Shown here in pieces: positions 50,011 to 63,957 of a stretch of 64,000 bases of DNA. This DNA comes from Dromiciops gliroides. Taxonomy: Eukaryota. The translations under genes and the position numbers were made by a program. A model generated the notes under the pieces. It was not told where the DNA came from. It made no database searches and saw only the letters and a program-made list of their open reading frames with translations. Position 1 is the first letter of the stretch. The number at the start of each line of letters is the position of its first letter. The DNA lies in the NCBI RefSeq assembly GCF_019393635.1, contig NC_057861.1:633076827-633140826 (forward strand), read 5' to 3'.

Positions 50011-51101
50011 AATAGCTCCACTTCCTCAGGGGGGTCCTCTTCCAGGTCAGACCTGCTAGAGGTTCAAGACTATGGAAGACAACATTGAACATACAGATGT
50101 GCTCCTGCTCCTCCCCCGTCCCCAGGTCACAGTCCCATGGGGGAGATAGCCAACAATATCAGAGTATTAAAAGTACCTAGAACTATGGACAATAACTGCT
50201 AGAATCAAAGGAAGGGGGGTCCATAAAAGACTTCTTAAAGTATTTTGATAGCTGATGGGAGCGAGGCCTTCCATAGGTAAAGGGTAGGGGCAGGTGGTAC
50301 AGGAAGGAGACAAAGAATTCACTGTTTCGGTTGGAAAGGAAGCTACAGGGGAAAGTGAGCTCTCTTTGTTGCTAAGCCTTAAGTGATTCATCCCCTCCCT
50401 GCCATAAGAAAACAGTCCAGGAGCCAGGGCTGTGATTGTGAAGTTTCCTCCTTTATCATCAAGGCCTCAGGGCAGATTACACATCATGAGACACAGTACA
50501 ACAGGGAAGAATCCCGAGGGCCTCCTTCCCTCCTGGGTAAAGTCCCCAGAGAGCAAAGACTCCACCAATTCCAGACACAGTCAGGCCAGGAGGAGGGGAG
50601 TTTGGCCCCCTTATGGAGAGCCAGCCTCCACACCATCTCCCTGAAACACAGCAGGACCATGCTAACTTGCACGGCTCACACTGTCTCCTGGGACGGGAAA
50701 CAGCCCCTGGCTGCTTCAGTGTAAGGACACACCCCGTGTCTCCACACCTTCTCCTAAGGAGCTCAGCCATCCCCAAATCATGGAGGCTATGGCCTCATCT
50801 CCTGTGGCTGGGACTTCCATCATGACCCCCACAAAGTGAGCCTTCATCTGATGTCTAGGTGCTACCCTTACGGTGGGTAAGTGACATCACATGGGTGTGG
50901 GGACAAAGAACAGTGACATCTGACAGCACTGGGGGTGGGAGTGGGGGGGGGTGACACAGCACTGTAGAGGACATGCCTTATGCTATATAAAAGGCTGACC
51001 TCTTTAGGGGAGGGCATAACAGCACCATGGGGGATAGGGTGCAGGGCACTGTGGAGAGGAATGGGGCCGGAAGTTTGCTGGAAGCAGAAAAGACATCAGG
51101 G

Positions 51102-51247
51102 CTATTCCTTCTTGGCACGGTCAGCAGCATCCAGGGCAGCCATGTTTCGTGCAGCAGTGACCAAATGGATGACACTGATGAGGGACTTGAGTAAAGCAAT
51201 AGGAGTGGAGATCCAGAGTCCCACTCGGAACAGACCCACTGAACCCA
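51102..51247 (-). CDS. CDIPT: CDIPT terminal coding exon (…GSVGLFRVGLWISTPIALLKSLISVIHLVTAARNMAALDAADRAKKE*)
   Basis: In frame with ORF 51102..51344 (−); acceptor ctgcag (plus 51248-51253); TAG stop at 51102-51104 (−); matches the phosphatidylinositol synthase C-terminus. Confidence 0.9.
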
Positions 51248-51469
51248 CTGCAGGGAGGAGGGAAAAGTCCAGTACAGAGAGGGAAGTGATAGAAGAGAAA
51301 GGAAGGAGGAGGAAAGACCATGAGATCAGACAGGTGAAGTTCACTCAATAGGTTCAGTATCTAGTCAAATCGTTATCCTCCAATCTGTTCCCCTCCCAAA
51401 AGACCTCCCACATCTAATCCTCAGATCTTCCTTCTGGCCCCCAGGTAGCAACACCACTGGGGTTCATAC

Positions 51470-51551
51470 CTGAGGGTCCCTCTGAGAAATTGAGCAAGTA
51501 AAGAAGACAGTAGAAAAATTCATTCCCAGCACACATGATGAATAGCACTGG
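51470..51551 (-). CDS. CDIPT: CDIPT coding exon 5 (PVLFIMCAGNEFFYCLLYLLNFSEGPS)
   Basis: Reverse-strand acceptor tttttgcag, donor GTATGA; 82 nt, phase 0 to 1; conserved CDIPT peptide. Confidence 0.85.
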
Positions 51552-51625
51552 CTGCAAAAAAGGCAAAACTCAGGTTTCTAAACTTGAACTCTCACATAAT
51601 CTCTCCCTCCCTTCACACTCCCTCT

Positions 51626-51678
<53 letters not shown>

Positions 51679-51679
51679 T
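51626..51679. repeat. (CT)n–(CA)n compound microsatellite in a CDIPT intron
   Basis: ctctctctctctctctctctctc acacacacacacac. Confidence 0.9.
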
Positions 51680-51798
51680 CATATTCATTCCAAAACCGGT
51701 TAAGACTTCAAAGAAAAGAAACAGATACACAGCAGCAAGGCAGACTGTCTGGACACTGAGAATGGAGGCTGGGAGGTTAAACCTGGATTGGGCCTCAC

Positions 51799-51880
51799 CC
51801 GGGAAGTATAGTAGAGTCGAAGGATAGGATTCCCTGTTAGGTCAATGGTTTTGTGGCTCTCACTGCCTCGCACCACTGAG
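51799..51880 (-). CDS. CDIPT: CDIPT coding exon 4 (SVVRGSESHKTIDLTGNPILRLYYTSR)
   Basis: Reverse-strand acceptor ctctccag, donor GTGAGG; 82 nt, phase 2 to 0. Confidence 0.85.
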
Positions 51881-52181
51881 CTGGAGAGGAAGACATGGGA
51901 ACATCAGGTGTTACTTCTCCCGCTCCAATTCCTACCCTGCCCCACATCCCCAAGCTACCACCCATATTTTTTTCTGGATAACATCAGCCACTAGCCCACG
52001 TACTCTCTCTTGCCTTCAAGAAGGAGATCCATTCCCCCACTAAGTATCTCTAGGGATTCTTCTTTCTACCAGCAGCATCCCAAGTGAACACTTTCACCCC
52101 TCTGGAGGTAACTACTTCAGGATCAATGATGGGCCACACCCAAGACTACAATTTCTCATCCCACTGGGTGGTGGTTGTAAC

Positions 52182-52335
52182 CTGTGTAGGTGCAGCCAAT
52201 GGCTGGCTACATCCAGGCTCATGCTCAGCTGGAAGAGCAAGGTGGCCCGAGGGTAGAGCAGAGCTAGGTTTACCAGCAGACACATGGTAGAACATCGATC
52301 AGTCAGCATATCCAGCATCGCCCCAAACCGTGTCC
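52182..52335 (-). CDS. CDIPT: CDIPT coding exon 3 (TRFGAMLDMLTDRCSTMCLLVNLALLYPRATLLFQLSMSLDVASHWLHLH) incl. CDP-alcohol phosphotransferase motif region
   Basis: In frame with ORF 52112..52450 (−); acceptor …atatag, donor GTTACA; 154 nt, phase 1 to 2. Confidence 0.9.
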
Positions 52336-52589
52336 CTATATTGGGGGGAAGGAAGAGAACCAGCAGTTCAGCATGAAAACAATGTGGATAAATGGACCAA
52401 TGGCTGAAGAATGGCTGGAGTCGGCATGCCCAGCATTGGTCCAAACTCACAGATGTGCAGAAACTGAGAAATCAAGGTTGTTCATTCTCTCCTGGCCTAG
52501 AGAAGACAAGTCAGAAATAGCTTGCCAACTGAGATATTGATCCAAGAGGAAAGGGTCAAGGTTAGAAGCCACACTGGGGGGGGGAGAGG

Positions 52590-52730
52590 GTGTTTCATCA
52601 TATGGGAGGGAAAAGAGCCCTGGATTTCAGGCCAGGGCTCTAGGTTTGAAACCCAGCTCTGTTACTTACCATCTGTATGACCTCTGCGAAGTCACTCTTT
52701 GAGCCTCAGTGTCATTTGTAAATGAGGACA
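52590..52730 (+). repeat. MIR-type ancient SINE fragment
   Basis: …gagcctcagtgtcatttgtaaatgaggacattggattagatggcc…. Confidence 0.5.
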
Positions 52731-53311
52731 TTGGATTAGATGGCCTATAAATACCCTTCCTAGTCTAAATCCTTACCATGTTATATCCCAACTATATCCC
52801 GAACCAAGTCAAAACCAGGGTAAACAAAATCAGTCATCAAAGCCAGAGGTGGAGAAATGCCCTGAACCTAAAGCAAACAATCCAAAAGCCTGAAAAAGCC
52901 ACTAAGCCAAAGACACCTACAACCTGCCAAAGGTTATTTCACCCCTCCCCCTGGCTCCAGGAACAATTATCTTAATGGCTGTTGACTAATCGGTGAACCC
53001 ACAAGAGATATTCCCAGGGGAAAAAATGTCCCAGACCTACTTTGCCCACTTGGTTCTATTTTACAACCTAACAACTAGGATGTTCTTCCTGAAAGGTAAT
53101 AATCTAATTCCTGAGGTACCGTGCCGACCAATTGCTGCTGCTTCTGTCCTCAGTAGAGATGGTGTCACCCCGTGCAAAAGCACAGCACTTTACAAACCAA
53201 AGACCTGACTCTGGGGAGGGAAGAAATCGAGGCCTCTGAGCTATGGGGGAAGTCGGGAACCAGTGAAAGCTCTTGGCTGCAGGAAAGAAGGAAGGCTAGG
53301 CATGCAGTCAC

Positions 53312-53446
53312 CTTGGTTCAGGGCCCTGGCCGCATGTCCGTCGAAGGCATCCAAGAGCCCACTAAGCAGGTAGAAGGAGGAGGCTGTGAATGGACAGCTG
53401 GGCATGAAGTAGAAGGATATGAAGGCGAAGAGGATCCGGGCATAGC
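53312..53446 (-). CDS. CDIPT: CDIPT coding exon 2 (YARILFAFISFYFMPSCPFTASSFYLLSGLLDAFDGHAARALNQG)
   Basis: In frame with ORF 53241..53504 (−); acceptor tcctcag, donor GTGACT; 135 nt; contains the D-G-x-x-A-R motif. Confidence 0.9.
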
Positions 53447-53746
53447 CTGAGGATAAAGGAACAGAGGAGTCAGGGCACTGAAACAGATCTGAATAACTGA
53501 GCAAAAACGAAATCCCCCCAAAAAAGGCTCATTGGAAGTGGAGCCCGATCAAGCCCCCACAAAGACATTGGGGAGAAACTGAGGACCGGGGATAGGAAGT
53601 CCCAAGGTCACGCACCGAGTTTGGGGCAGAGCTGGCGCCAGAAACCAAGCCTTGGAGACCAAAGGAATCCCCTTCCCTAGCCAGGCTCCCTCCGCCCTCA
53701 CCCTCCCTGGGGCCGGGGCTCGCGGTCCGTCCAAAAATCAACTCAC

Positions 53747-53789
53747 CGATGAGATTGGGCACAAACAGAAAGATGTTTTCTTCCGGCAT
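53747..53789 (-). CDS. CDIPT: CDIPT coding exon 1 (MPEENIFLFVPNLIG)
   Basis: ATG at 53787-53789 (−), start of ORF 53529..53789; donor GTGAG after ATCG; matches the CDIPT N-terminus MPDENIFLFVPNLIG. Confidence 0.85.
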
Positions 53790-54420
53790 CTCGGCGGAAC
53801 GGGAATGGCCGGCCTCTCGCAGGTGGGATGGGGAGCGGTCCCCAGTCGCTCCCTCGGCGAACCCCCGCCTGGCCAGCTGGGCAGACCCTGGATCCGGGCT
53901 ACCCCGCTCTCGGCTCTAGCTCGGCCCCTCTCCTCTGCCCCCGGGGACGCCCCGGCACCGCCGCTGCGCAGCCCCTCCCTCCGCCCCCGCGCATCAGCAG
54001 CTCCGGGGTCGCAGTGGACCCCGCGGCCCCCGCCCTGGGAGGGACCCAGATGTGCAATCCCCCCCAGCCGTCCTAGGCATCAGCCGGTCCTGATGTGCAG
54101 CCGCAGATGCCTCGCCTGCCTTCCTCCTGCAGGGGTGCAGATCTCCCTACGCCGCTCGCTCGGAGCCCCGAGAAGGGTTCAAAGTCCTTCCTCTACACCT
54201 TTCTTCCAGTTGTCGCAACACCAGCTGTGCTGGGGGAAGGCCCCCAGTGTCCCTGAAATCTGCTCTTCCGCCCGTGCTGACGCAAAATTGGAGGCCAAAA
54301 AAATGGCTTCGATCCCTTTAAGAAGGGCCCGCTTCCTTTTCCTTTTCTTCCCTCCGCCTGTCTCCACCGGCTCTTACCAAATTCAGAGTGGGGAGGGGAG
54401 TACGCGCACAGAGAGTAGGA
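53790..54420 (-). promoter_or_regulatory. CDIPT: CDIPT CpG-island promoter / 5' UTR region
   Basis: Dense CpG (gcgcggtccgtcc, ccgccgctgcgcagcccc), immediately 5' of the CDIPT ATG on the minus strand. Confidence 0.55.
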
Positions 54421-56399
54421 ATGAGTCGTAAATTAAGAACGGAGAAAGGTATCGCAGAGAAGTTAGATAAGAAGACTAGATACTACTTTTAATTTTTTGT
54501 GAGTATATTTTCTTAGAGAGGAATGAGAGAGACGTATTCCACCTATCCGACCCTTCAAGACCCCTACCAGACAATGCATTTGGTTCAGTCCGGAATCATC
54601 CCTTTCCTCCAACCCCGACGCCTCCCGGCCTTTTTATCCTCTTTTAGTCTCAGCCATTCTCGGGCACCGAGATAGAAGCTAGAGGGTCAGGAAGAAGTTT
54701 TAGACTAAAAGGACAGAGTTCGCCCCCTGGCCTTGGGAGGATACTACTCTTCCAACATCAAAGTTCATTATAGGGATAAATAATCCTCCCAGCCCTGGAA
54801 ACTAAGGAAACCAATCTATTGCAGATGATACTCGAGCGGAGAAGAAAGAAAGGGATGCCGGGAAGGGGGGGAAAAAAGATGACTTCAGATTTGACTTCTA
54901 GAACTCAAAGGGGATGTCTCCTAGCAACGCGCCGCGGACCTCCCTCCGCCTGCGTGGTTCCCAGGGCAACCTCCCGTGCCACTCTTCCCCTCCCCCTTCC
55001 ATCCCCCCAGCCCTCTGCGACCAGTACCCATAGCAACAGCAACCGCGGGGCAACTAGAAAGACCTCCCCGTCTCTCCCCTCCCGGGCCATAGGCAATTTC
55101 TACCCAACATCAGGTCCGGGAAATGGAAAACTGGTCCCTTGGGTTTGGGAAAGGACCCTGAGTACTGGGGGGAACGGGGGAATCGAACTAAAGGACTAAA
55201 TTTGAGGAGAGGGAGGGGATCTGGTGGGAGGGGGAGTGGAGAAATGACTAGGGATGGGCTGGATACTCTTCGGGTCGGAGAAATAAAGAGGGACAATTGA
55301 GTGTTAATCTTGAAGAAAGGAGACGGGAAAAGTGGTTTATCCATACAACTGTGAAAATAACTGATAATGGGATGGTTTCAGACTCTGCCCTGCCCACCTC
55401 TTCGCAAAAAAGGTGGGATGATTTCCCATTTTAATACCCTACTTCACTCTACCTGTTCCCAGGGGGATGGAGTCCAGTCCTTCAGGGCCTCAGGAGAAAA
55501 AGGGCACTCGACATTCTCACAATTCCCCAACACCAGCCGTGAGTTGATGTGGGAGGACTTCTGGGAAGGGGGCAATTACCTTCACCAAATCAGCCATCTG
55601 ACCCTGGTCCCCTCAACTCTCATCCTTCTTGCAAGGTTATCACCAGGTCTGAGGAGTATTTGGTCCGCGTCAGCACAGAACTTGCCAACGAGGCCCTGAT
55701 GGGGGCCCAATATCCAATGAGCCCTGACCTGCCCAAGGAACTGAAAAAACTGGACCAGGGAACTCAGATGTCCCGACACGGTGATCCCTGCTCTAATACA
55801 GTGCCCTGAACTCCAGCCCCTAAGTCTACTCCCTAGGAACCCGTTCTGAACCCTGGCAGGCCCCCCTTTAGGTGCCACTCCCACCTAACATCAACCTTAC
55901 AGGCATTTGTGCTTCATTTCCTTTTCCTCTATCTCACTTCCCACCCCCTGTGACTAGCCATTCCAATCCCTTCTTCCCTTTCTGATCTCGGACAGAAAGG
56001 CACGCTTTCTAACTAGGGCCTATGTTTTCAGTGCTGCCAACCACTCGGACCAAGGGCACAGATACTCGGTGAGAGTCCCTGAGGGGAAAGGTGACATCTC
56101 AGAGCACAAGGGAATTGAAAAGAAAACAATAATATTGTTATATAGTGCTTTACAATTTGTTTGCCTCGTCACAATCTTGTGAGGTTAAGAGTACAAGTAT
56201 TATCTTCCCCATTTTACAGATAATAAAAAAAGCTAAGTGACTAGCTCACTGGTCTTAGAAAGTGCCAGAGCCAGGCCTTGAACCCAGGTCTTCCAATAGT
56301 TTTTCTGCTACATCCTACAGGGGCAAAGGGTCTTGTATCCCAAAGGAAGTAGGAAATGAGAATTCACCTGGGGAAGAGATCATATGGAGGAATATAGGG

Positions 56400-57560
56400 G
56401 AAGGGAACTACATTTTCAAGAGGGAGTGGCTGGGCTGCTCTCTACCATGGAGTTCATTTTTTTCCATCCTCTTCCTTTCTTCTTTGTAGTTCTGACAGAA
56501 ACAGGACCAGAAACAAGACTCATCTCCTGCCATCCAGAGAGATGGTATGTGATAGGGTTCTTAGGTTCCCTTTCTTCCTATTGGATGGGCCCCCTAGAAA
56601 ACTAGGGGAAGCGGTAGACTTCAGAAAGGGATCTGAAAGGGAGAAGATTCTTGTGCCTTCCCACCTAAGAGAGGAAACTGCAGGAAAATTCCCCTACCCC
56701 AGAATAAAAAAGATTATACTCCAAATCCCAGAAACAAACAAACCAAGCCCCTCTTCTTCCTGATAATGCTCCAGGTTGAAGATTTTAAAGATGACAAGGT
56801 AAAATTGCTGAAGTCGAAAGAGAAAGACCTGTCCCAACACAAGCAGGTAAGAAAAAACCTGGGCCCCTTACTCTGTTCCCAGGCCAGCACCTGGGATAGA
56901 GTTTTGCCTCAATTTCTCACCCTTCTTAGGTAGAGACTGTGCGGCAGGAGGAAGCTCTGGGTGGGACCATGTTTTTGACTACCCGACGGACTGCTCGTCG
57001 ACCCTCTGCGGTCCCAGAAGGCCTCACCTCCAAGAAAGAGCAAGGAAATATCAAGGTACTTTGAACTGTGGGTACAACATTTGAAGATAGATTCAAAGGT
57101 ACATCAACAAGGTAGAATTCACCCAAAGAAAGGTGACCAAGGATGGAAATGATTCTGGAAACCATTCTTATAGGTAGCTCTTGAAGGAACTAAGTCTACT
57201 TAGCTTGGAAAAGAGAGGACTTGGGGAGAGATATGAAATCTGACTTCATAGATCTGAAGTGCTATCCTATGGAAGAGGGGAGGGAATAGCTGTATTCTGT
57301 AATACTCTAAAGAGGGAAGAACTAGACACAATGGAAGGAAGTGACAGGGAGGCAGATTTCCATTTAGGAAGGATTTTCCATCAGAACTGCTCACCAGCTG
57401 CCACAAAAAGCTCTGGGTTACTAGAAGTGTTGAAGCAAAGACTGGATGACCATCTCTCAAAGAGGTTGTAGGTGAGATTTCTTCATTAGGGGATGGTAGG
57501 TTAGATGACCTGTAAAACCTTTCTACTGCTAAGATTCTTTGCGGAGGGGTTGTTTGTTTG
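56400..57560 (+). mobile_element. Ancient CR1/L2-like LINE 3' fragment
   Basis: Translation of 57180-57480 gives …LEKRGLGRDMKSDFIDLKCYPMEEGRE.LYSV…QWKEVTGRQISI.EGF…, resembling the CR1/L2 ORF2 C-terminal consensus LEKRRLRGDLI…YK.LKG…DG.RLFSV. Confidence 0.5.
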
Positions 57561-58194
57561 TGTTTTGGGGGTTTTGTCATTGTTGTTTTGTTCTTTGGTG
57601 AGTTTTGGGGTTTGTTTGTTTTGTCCAAACATGCAGGATCTAGGTTTGTGGTAATAATATGGGAGGAATGGTCAGAAAAAGATGGTGGGGAAATCATAGA
57701 ATGGGAAAAATAAATAAGTCACTTCTCTAGTCTTAAGGAACAAAGAGTCATTTCCTCAGAATGCTTTAGAAACATATATTCTGCTTTGGACTCTTGATCC
57801 AAGAAGCAACCATGTAGGCAAGGCAGAGGGAGCTTACACCTCCTCCCCTCTTTTCCTTCTCTCCCCTCAGAATATGATTCGAGGTCCCACTCTTCACAGT
57901 TCATCTGACAAAATCCCAGGGTGGACTCCTGGCTGCCAGCATCATCATCCCTGAGGCCCAAAGACTCTCTCAAACAAAGTAACATTCTTCTTCACCCCCC
58001 ACTGCCCGGCCATGACACCATCAGGAACCAGAGACTAATAAAGAGACGGGGACCCCGCCTTCCCCTCCCCCAATTCAGGCAATGCTGGGGTCTGACCATC
58101 TCTGAGGAGGGTGATGAATGGGGTACAGTGCCATTGGCACGAGGGAGGGAAGGGAACAGTGGATTCACTCAGGTGTAGATGGTTTTACTTTTAT

Positions 58195-58366
58195 TTTTTA
58201 TTTTTTATTTTTTAATTTTTTATTTTTTTAGTGAGGCAACTGGGGTTAAGTGACTTGCCCAGGGTCACACAGATAGTAAGTGTTAAGTGTCTGAGGCCGG
58301 ATTTGAACCCAGGTACTCCTGACTCCAGGGCCGGTGCTCTATCCACTGCGCCACCTAGCTGCCCCT
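58195..58366 (-). mobile_element. tRNA-derived SINE copy (CDIPT–SEZ6L2 intergenic)
   Basis: Reverse consensus; TSD GTAGATGGTTTTAC. Confidence 0.9.
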
Positions 58367-59723
58367 GTAGATGGTTTTACAAAGTAGATTTTCTAGGACA
58401 TGACTTTCAGATTGAGCCATAGTCTACCCCTCCACAACCAGCTGGCTGGAAAAAGGCAAATTTCATTTTTATAGTAGCATTTGCTAAAGCTCAGCATCAC
58501 CATAAAAAAAAAAAGGAGGGGGGCAGATCTTATGCACCAGCCTCATATAACTTCACTGCAGTGTTTGTGTACCCTCTAGTACTTCGGATTATCTGCTTGG
58601 TTTTTTATCTAGTGTTATTGATAATCTGCTATCTTGAATTATCTATTCCTTGGAATTCCCAGAGTCTCCCTCCATTATTAAAATTGTCAGCTGAGGGTTG
58701 ACCATAGAGCTTTGAGGTCTGGGAATGAGAGAAGTTCCTGGCTCTCCTCGAAGCCATTATAGTAGAATGGAATGAATACCAACCACACTGAGGAGTCAGG
58801 GGACATCATTTCTAGTCCCAGCTCTACTCTGAGTCATTGTGCAGCCTTGTACAAGTCACTTTCATTTTCTAGGCCTCTTTTTTCTCAGCTGTACAATATT
58901 GTGGTGAGATGGATGACCTGCAAGTTCCCTTTTCATTCACACAGGCCCCATCTCTCTCTAATGGCTGTTGCCATAGAGCTTTAGTTCAAAGGATATTTTC
59001 TCCAAGCCTCACTTAAGCCTAGTCAGCTTCCATAAGAGTGAGAGGTATGGTCGTGTTTTTTGCCATTCCCCCAACAAATACTGCTCCTCTCTTTAAGCTG
59101 CCCCCACCATAACACTGGGCCCAGTTACAAATGGTGATTTTCTCTTATTGCTTGAAAACAAAAATCCAGAAGCCAGAAGGGATAAAGGGTAGAATTGGGG
59201 GAACCTGGAAGGAGGGAGGGACTGCAGGGGTTAGGAGTCATTTCCCTAGCCCTCCCTACTCTTACTCTGCCTACTAAAGGACTAGGCTATTGGGCAGAAA
59301 GGAACTGGCTAGAACTCCTGGCCTGAGGGAGCAGTGGGTGGGAGTGGAGCAAAAGGGAAGGCCAAGAATGGACAGTGCTGGTGGGACAGGAACTTGTGTG
59401 GCCAGGGAACTGGCAAGCAATGATAGCAACCAGAGGGCAGGGAAAATGGTGTTGAGCCCTCTGAGATCGACCCCTGGGGCCCATTACCTGGTGGAAGCCA
59501 CAGGGGCAAATGGGTCAGGACCTGGACTAAGAGATATCATCCCTCTCCCCTAACAATTGGCCCCAGTGCTGAGCAACCAAGAGATAGCCCGGTATTTTAG
59601 GGCTGGGGAGCCAGATAATGGGTGGAGGAGGCAAAAGTAAGGACCCCCTACATTTGGCAACAGAGAAAAAGGATGACTTGGGAGGCAGGATGCTGGCTTA
59701 TTTACCAGAGGATTTCCAGGGTG

Positions 59724-59729
59724 TTTATT
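59724..59729 (-). terminator. SEZ6L2: Probable SEZ6L2 polyadenylation signal (AATAAA on the minus strand)
   Basis: Plus-strand tttatt about 180 nt 3' of the SEZ6L2 stop. Confidence 0.45.
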
Positions 59730-59906
59730 GTCCCTAATGGGGTCTTGGGATATTTACAAGGAGGGGAAGGGAGAAGCATGAGGTGTTGAGAACTGGAAGT
59801 AGAGGGGCCAGTTCCCTTTACTTCCTCTCTCCCCCTTTCCAGGTTGGTCTGGAGGAGGAGGGGGTCAGGAAGGAACACCCAAAGGTCCTGCTCCCTCCAT
59901 TGGTGC

Positions 59907-59936
59907 TTAGATGGAGACTTCATACTCTCTTGTGTC
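59907..59936 (-). CDS. SEZ6L2: SEZ6L2 terminal coding exon (DTREYEVSI*)
   Basis: Reverse complement of 59907-59939 is cag|GACACAAGAGAGTATGAAGTCTCCATCTAA; C-terminal motif of the SEZ6 family. Confidence 0.8.
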   Translation of the reverse strand, partial: DTREYEVSI

Positions 59937-59958
59937 CTGGGGGCAGAGATAAGTGTCA

Positions 59959-60186
<228 letters not shown>

Positions 60187-60464
60187 TCAGGTGTCTGCCA
60201 TCTTTATCATTCTCCATGATTCATCCCTCACCATCATGTCTCAGAACACCCAACAACCCCCCACTACTACCCCCAAGGTCTCCCAAGGCTATAGCCCGGC
60301 ACAGCCTGAATGAAGCCAAGAACCAAGAAAGGAGCTAATCTCTTCAAGACAGGTTGAGGGTAACCCAGTCAGAACCTGGAACCCTGGGCCATTTGACCTC
60401 CATCTGGCATCCATCTTATGAACAGCCCAGGCCCACCCACACTACTACAAAATCAGCGTGCTCA

Positions 60465-60677
<213 letters not shown>

Positions 60678-60814
60678 TCAGTTCCCTCGAGGAAACCAAG
60701 TGGTCTGTGCGCCCCCCAACCCCTGACTCTTCCCTCAGAGAGCCTGTTGCCCTCCCCAAACCCAGGCATCCTGCCCCAGCCAGGCCCTGGCTCTCCCCCT
60801 CATCCCTCACTGAC

Positions 60815-60853
60815 CTTCCAGTTTTCGGTCGTCCAGTAGCTCCTCATAGGCCA
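60815..60853 (-). CDS. SEZ6L2: SEZ6L2 39-nt linker exon (VAYEELLDDRKLE)
   Basis: Reverse-strand acceptor cctgcag, donor GTCAGT; phase 1 to 1; links sushi domain to TM. Confidence 0.75.
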
Positions 60854-61078
60854 CTGCAGGGAGAGGAGGGGGGAGTGGGGTCTGAGCCAGTGAGGGAGGA
60901 GGGCAGGAGGCCAGGCCAGGCAGGAGAACCTTCTCTCTTTTCATTCTGTCCAATCTACCCAAATCCTAGGTCTGTCCTCTTTCCCAAAGCTCTAGGCCTG
61001 TATTTTTCAGAACTCCTGAAGCAGGCCTTCTCCATAATTCTCTTGTTCTATTGCACTTCTTTTAATTCCTAAGGATCA

Positions 61079-61465
<387 letters not shown>

Positions 61466-61574
61466 TTATTCCCGTTACCTTCTCTCCACAATTTGCTTTG
61501 CATCCCAGGCCTTGGGACATTGTCCATCCCTTCTCACTACCACTCCCACCCTCCCACCCTTGTAAATCCCTTTA

Positions 61575-61823
<249 letters not shown>

Positions 61824-62521
61824 TTAGGGGGAGCTAAGAAATGAGGGGCAGAGAAGGATTCTTCTTCCATTAACAAATATCCCTGAACTCCCACTACCTG
61901 GCACCCAACACTAGCTTAAACTTGGGTCAAGGGAAGTATCAAGGAGAGTTGTCTACAGCCTCATATTTTTTTTTTTTCTGTTCAGCTTCAAAAGTCAGGG
62001 GAACCTCAGATGTAGAAGTTCATATTTCCAGAACATATTACATTTTGCAAAATGCTTTGCTCACAACACCTGGTTAGGTAGGTGAGTAGGAAAATTACCA
62101 GACTAGGATAGGGACCCCTGTTTTCTCGTTCTACAACTAGAATCATCGGTCCTAGAGTTAGAGACCTTAAGAATCCCTTCTCTTAGACCCCAGCTCCAAG
62201 CCGTATATTCCCCATTTTACAGATGAAATAAATGAGGCCCAGAGAGTAAGGTGATTTGCCTGAGATTACTATGTCCACTTGCAAAGGAGGGGATTGGATT
62301 AGAACAATCCTTCCAATTCTGACAATCTGAAATCTACTTCCAATAGACATTGCCCAGGCTGGAGGGAAGCTGTGGCAGAGCCTGAGGGCTGCCAGGAGAG
62401 CTTTCACTTTCTTCTCGTCTTCCCCCACTTCCCTCATCAAGCCTGGAGAATGGCTAGAGAAAGGCTTGAAAGGTAGAACCTGCAGACCTGGAGATGATAG
62501 CAACAGGGTGGATGGAGCCTA

Positions 62522-62737
<216 letters not shown>

Positions 62738-62982
62738 CTAGGGAGAACGAGAGACAGAGAATAGATTCTGAGGAGCAAGCGTGAGACCCTGGTCTCAAGA
62801 TCTTGAGTTGAGCCTGGGATCTCCAGTCTTAGGTTTGGGGATTCCTTTTCCAGGGCCTTTGGTCAGGTTAAGGTCCCTATGATCTAGGTGTCCTCTAGAT
62901 GAGACCAAGGACCCCTATGTTGAGACTTCTGGCCAGGCTTGGGATCCTCCCCAGTCAGTGTCTCTGACCAGGTCTTGAGTTA

Positions 62983-63289
<307 letters not shown>

Positions 63290-63663
63290 TCAGCTGTAGC
63301 ATTGGCCTTCCTCCCTTACATCTTACATGGTCCCTTTGCCCTCTTCCTGCTGCTCCCCTTGCCCCACTTCTGTTCTCCTCCTTTGACAAGTCCAATCAGG
63401 CATTTGAGATGAACGGAATATACCCCCGGAAAATATCCAAGATGTCATGGGACTTTGTGAAACTGGCCACAGTGGATTGCCCACCTTATCTGACAAGGCT
63501 GTCTTGGGGATTCCAAAGCCCAAGACAAGGCTGTAATTAGCACCAGCCACATCATCCCAGCTGAGTCTAGGAAATAACCCCCACACCCTTAGCATCCAAT
63601 GAAGTCAGTAAAACTGAATTCACTCGCCTCCTCTAAGGAATCTGCATCCTCAGTAGAATCTTA

Positions 63664-63957
<294 letters not shown>

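Noticed and set aside
53652-54431. 259-aa ORF on the plus strand upstream of CDIPT
   Set aside because: It lies entirely within the CDIPT CpG island. The Pro/Ala/Arg-rich low-complexity translation is typical of a GC-biased spurious ORF. It lacks a Kozak context and has no homology pattern I recognise.
56770-57060. Three short ORF pieces with exon-like AG/GT borders (VEDFKDDK… / …KEKDLSQHKQ / VETVRQEEALGG…)
   Set aside because: They lie inside an ancient CR1/L2-like LINE (EKDL…QQC-like motif, then the LEKRGLGRDM… 3' module). The splice-like boundaries are coincidental and the reading frames are not continuous.
57200-57697. 165-aa minus-strand ORF in the CDIPT–SEZ6L2 intergenic region
   Set aside because: Low-complexity Pro/Ser/Thr-rich translation on the antisense of a LINE fragment, with no recognisable domain.
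63323-63595. 90-aa minus-strand ORF between the two SEZ6L2 CUB exons
   Set aside because: It is intronic relative to the well-supported CUB exons (63012–63209 and 63738–63875) and bears no CUB/sushi signature.
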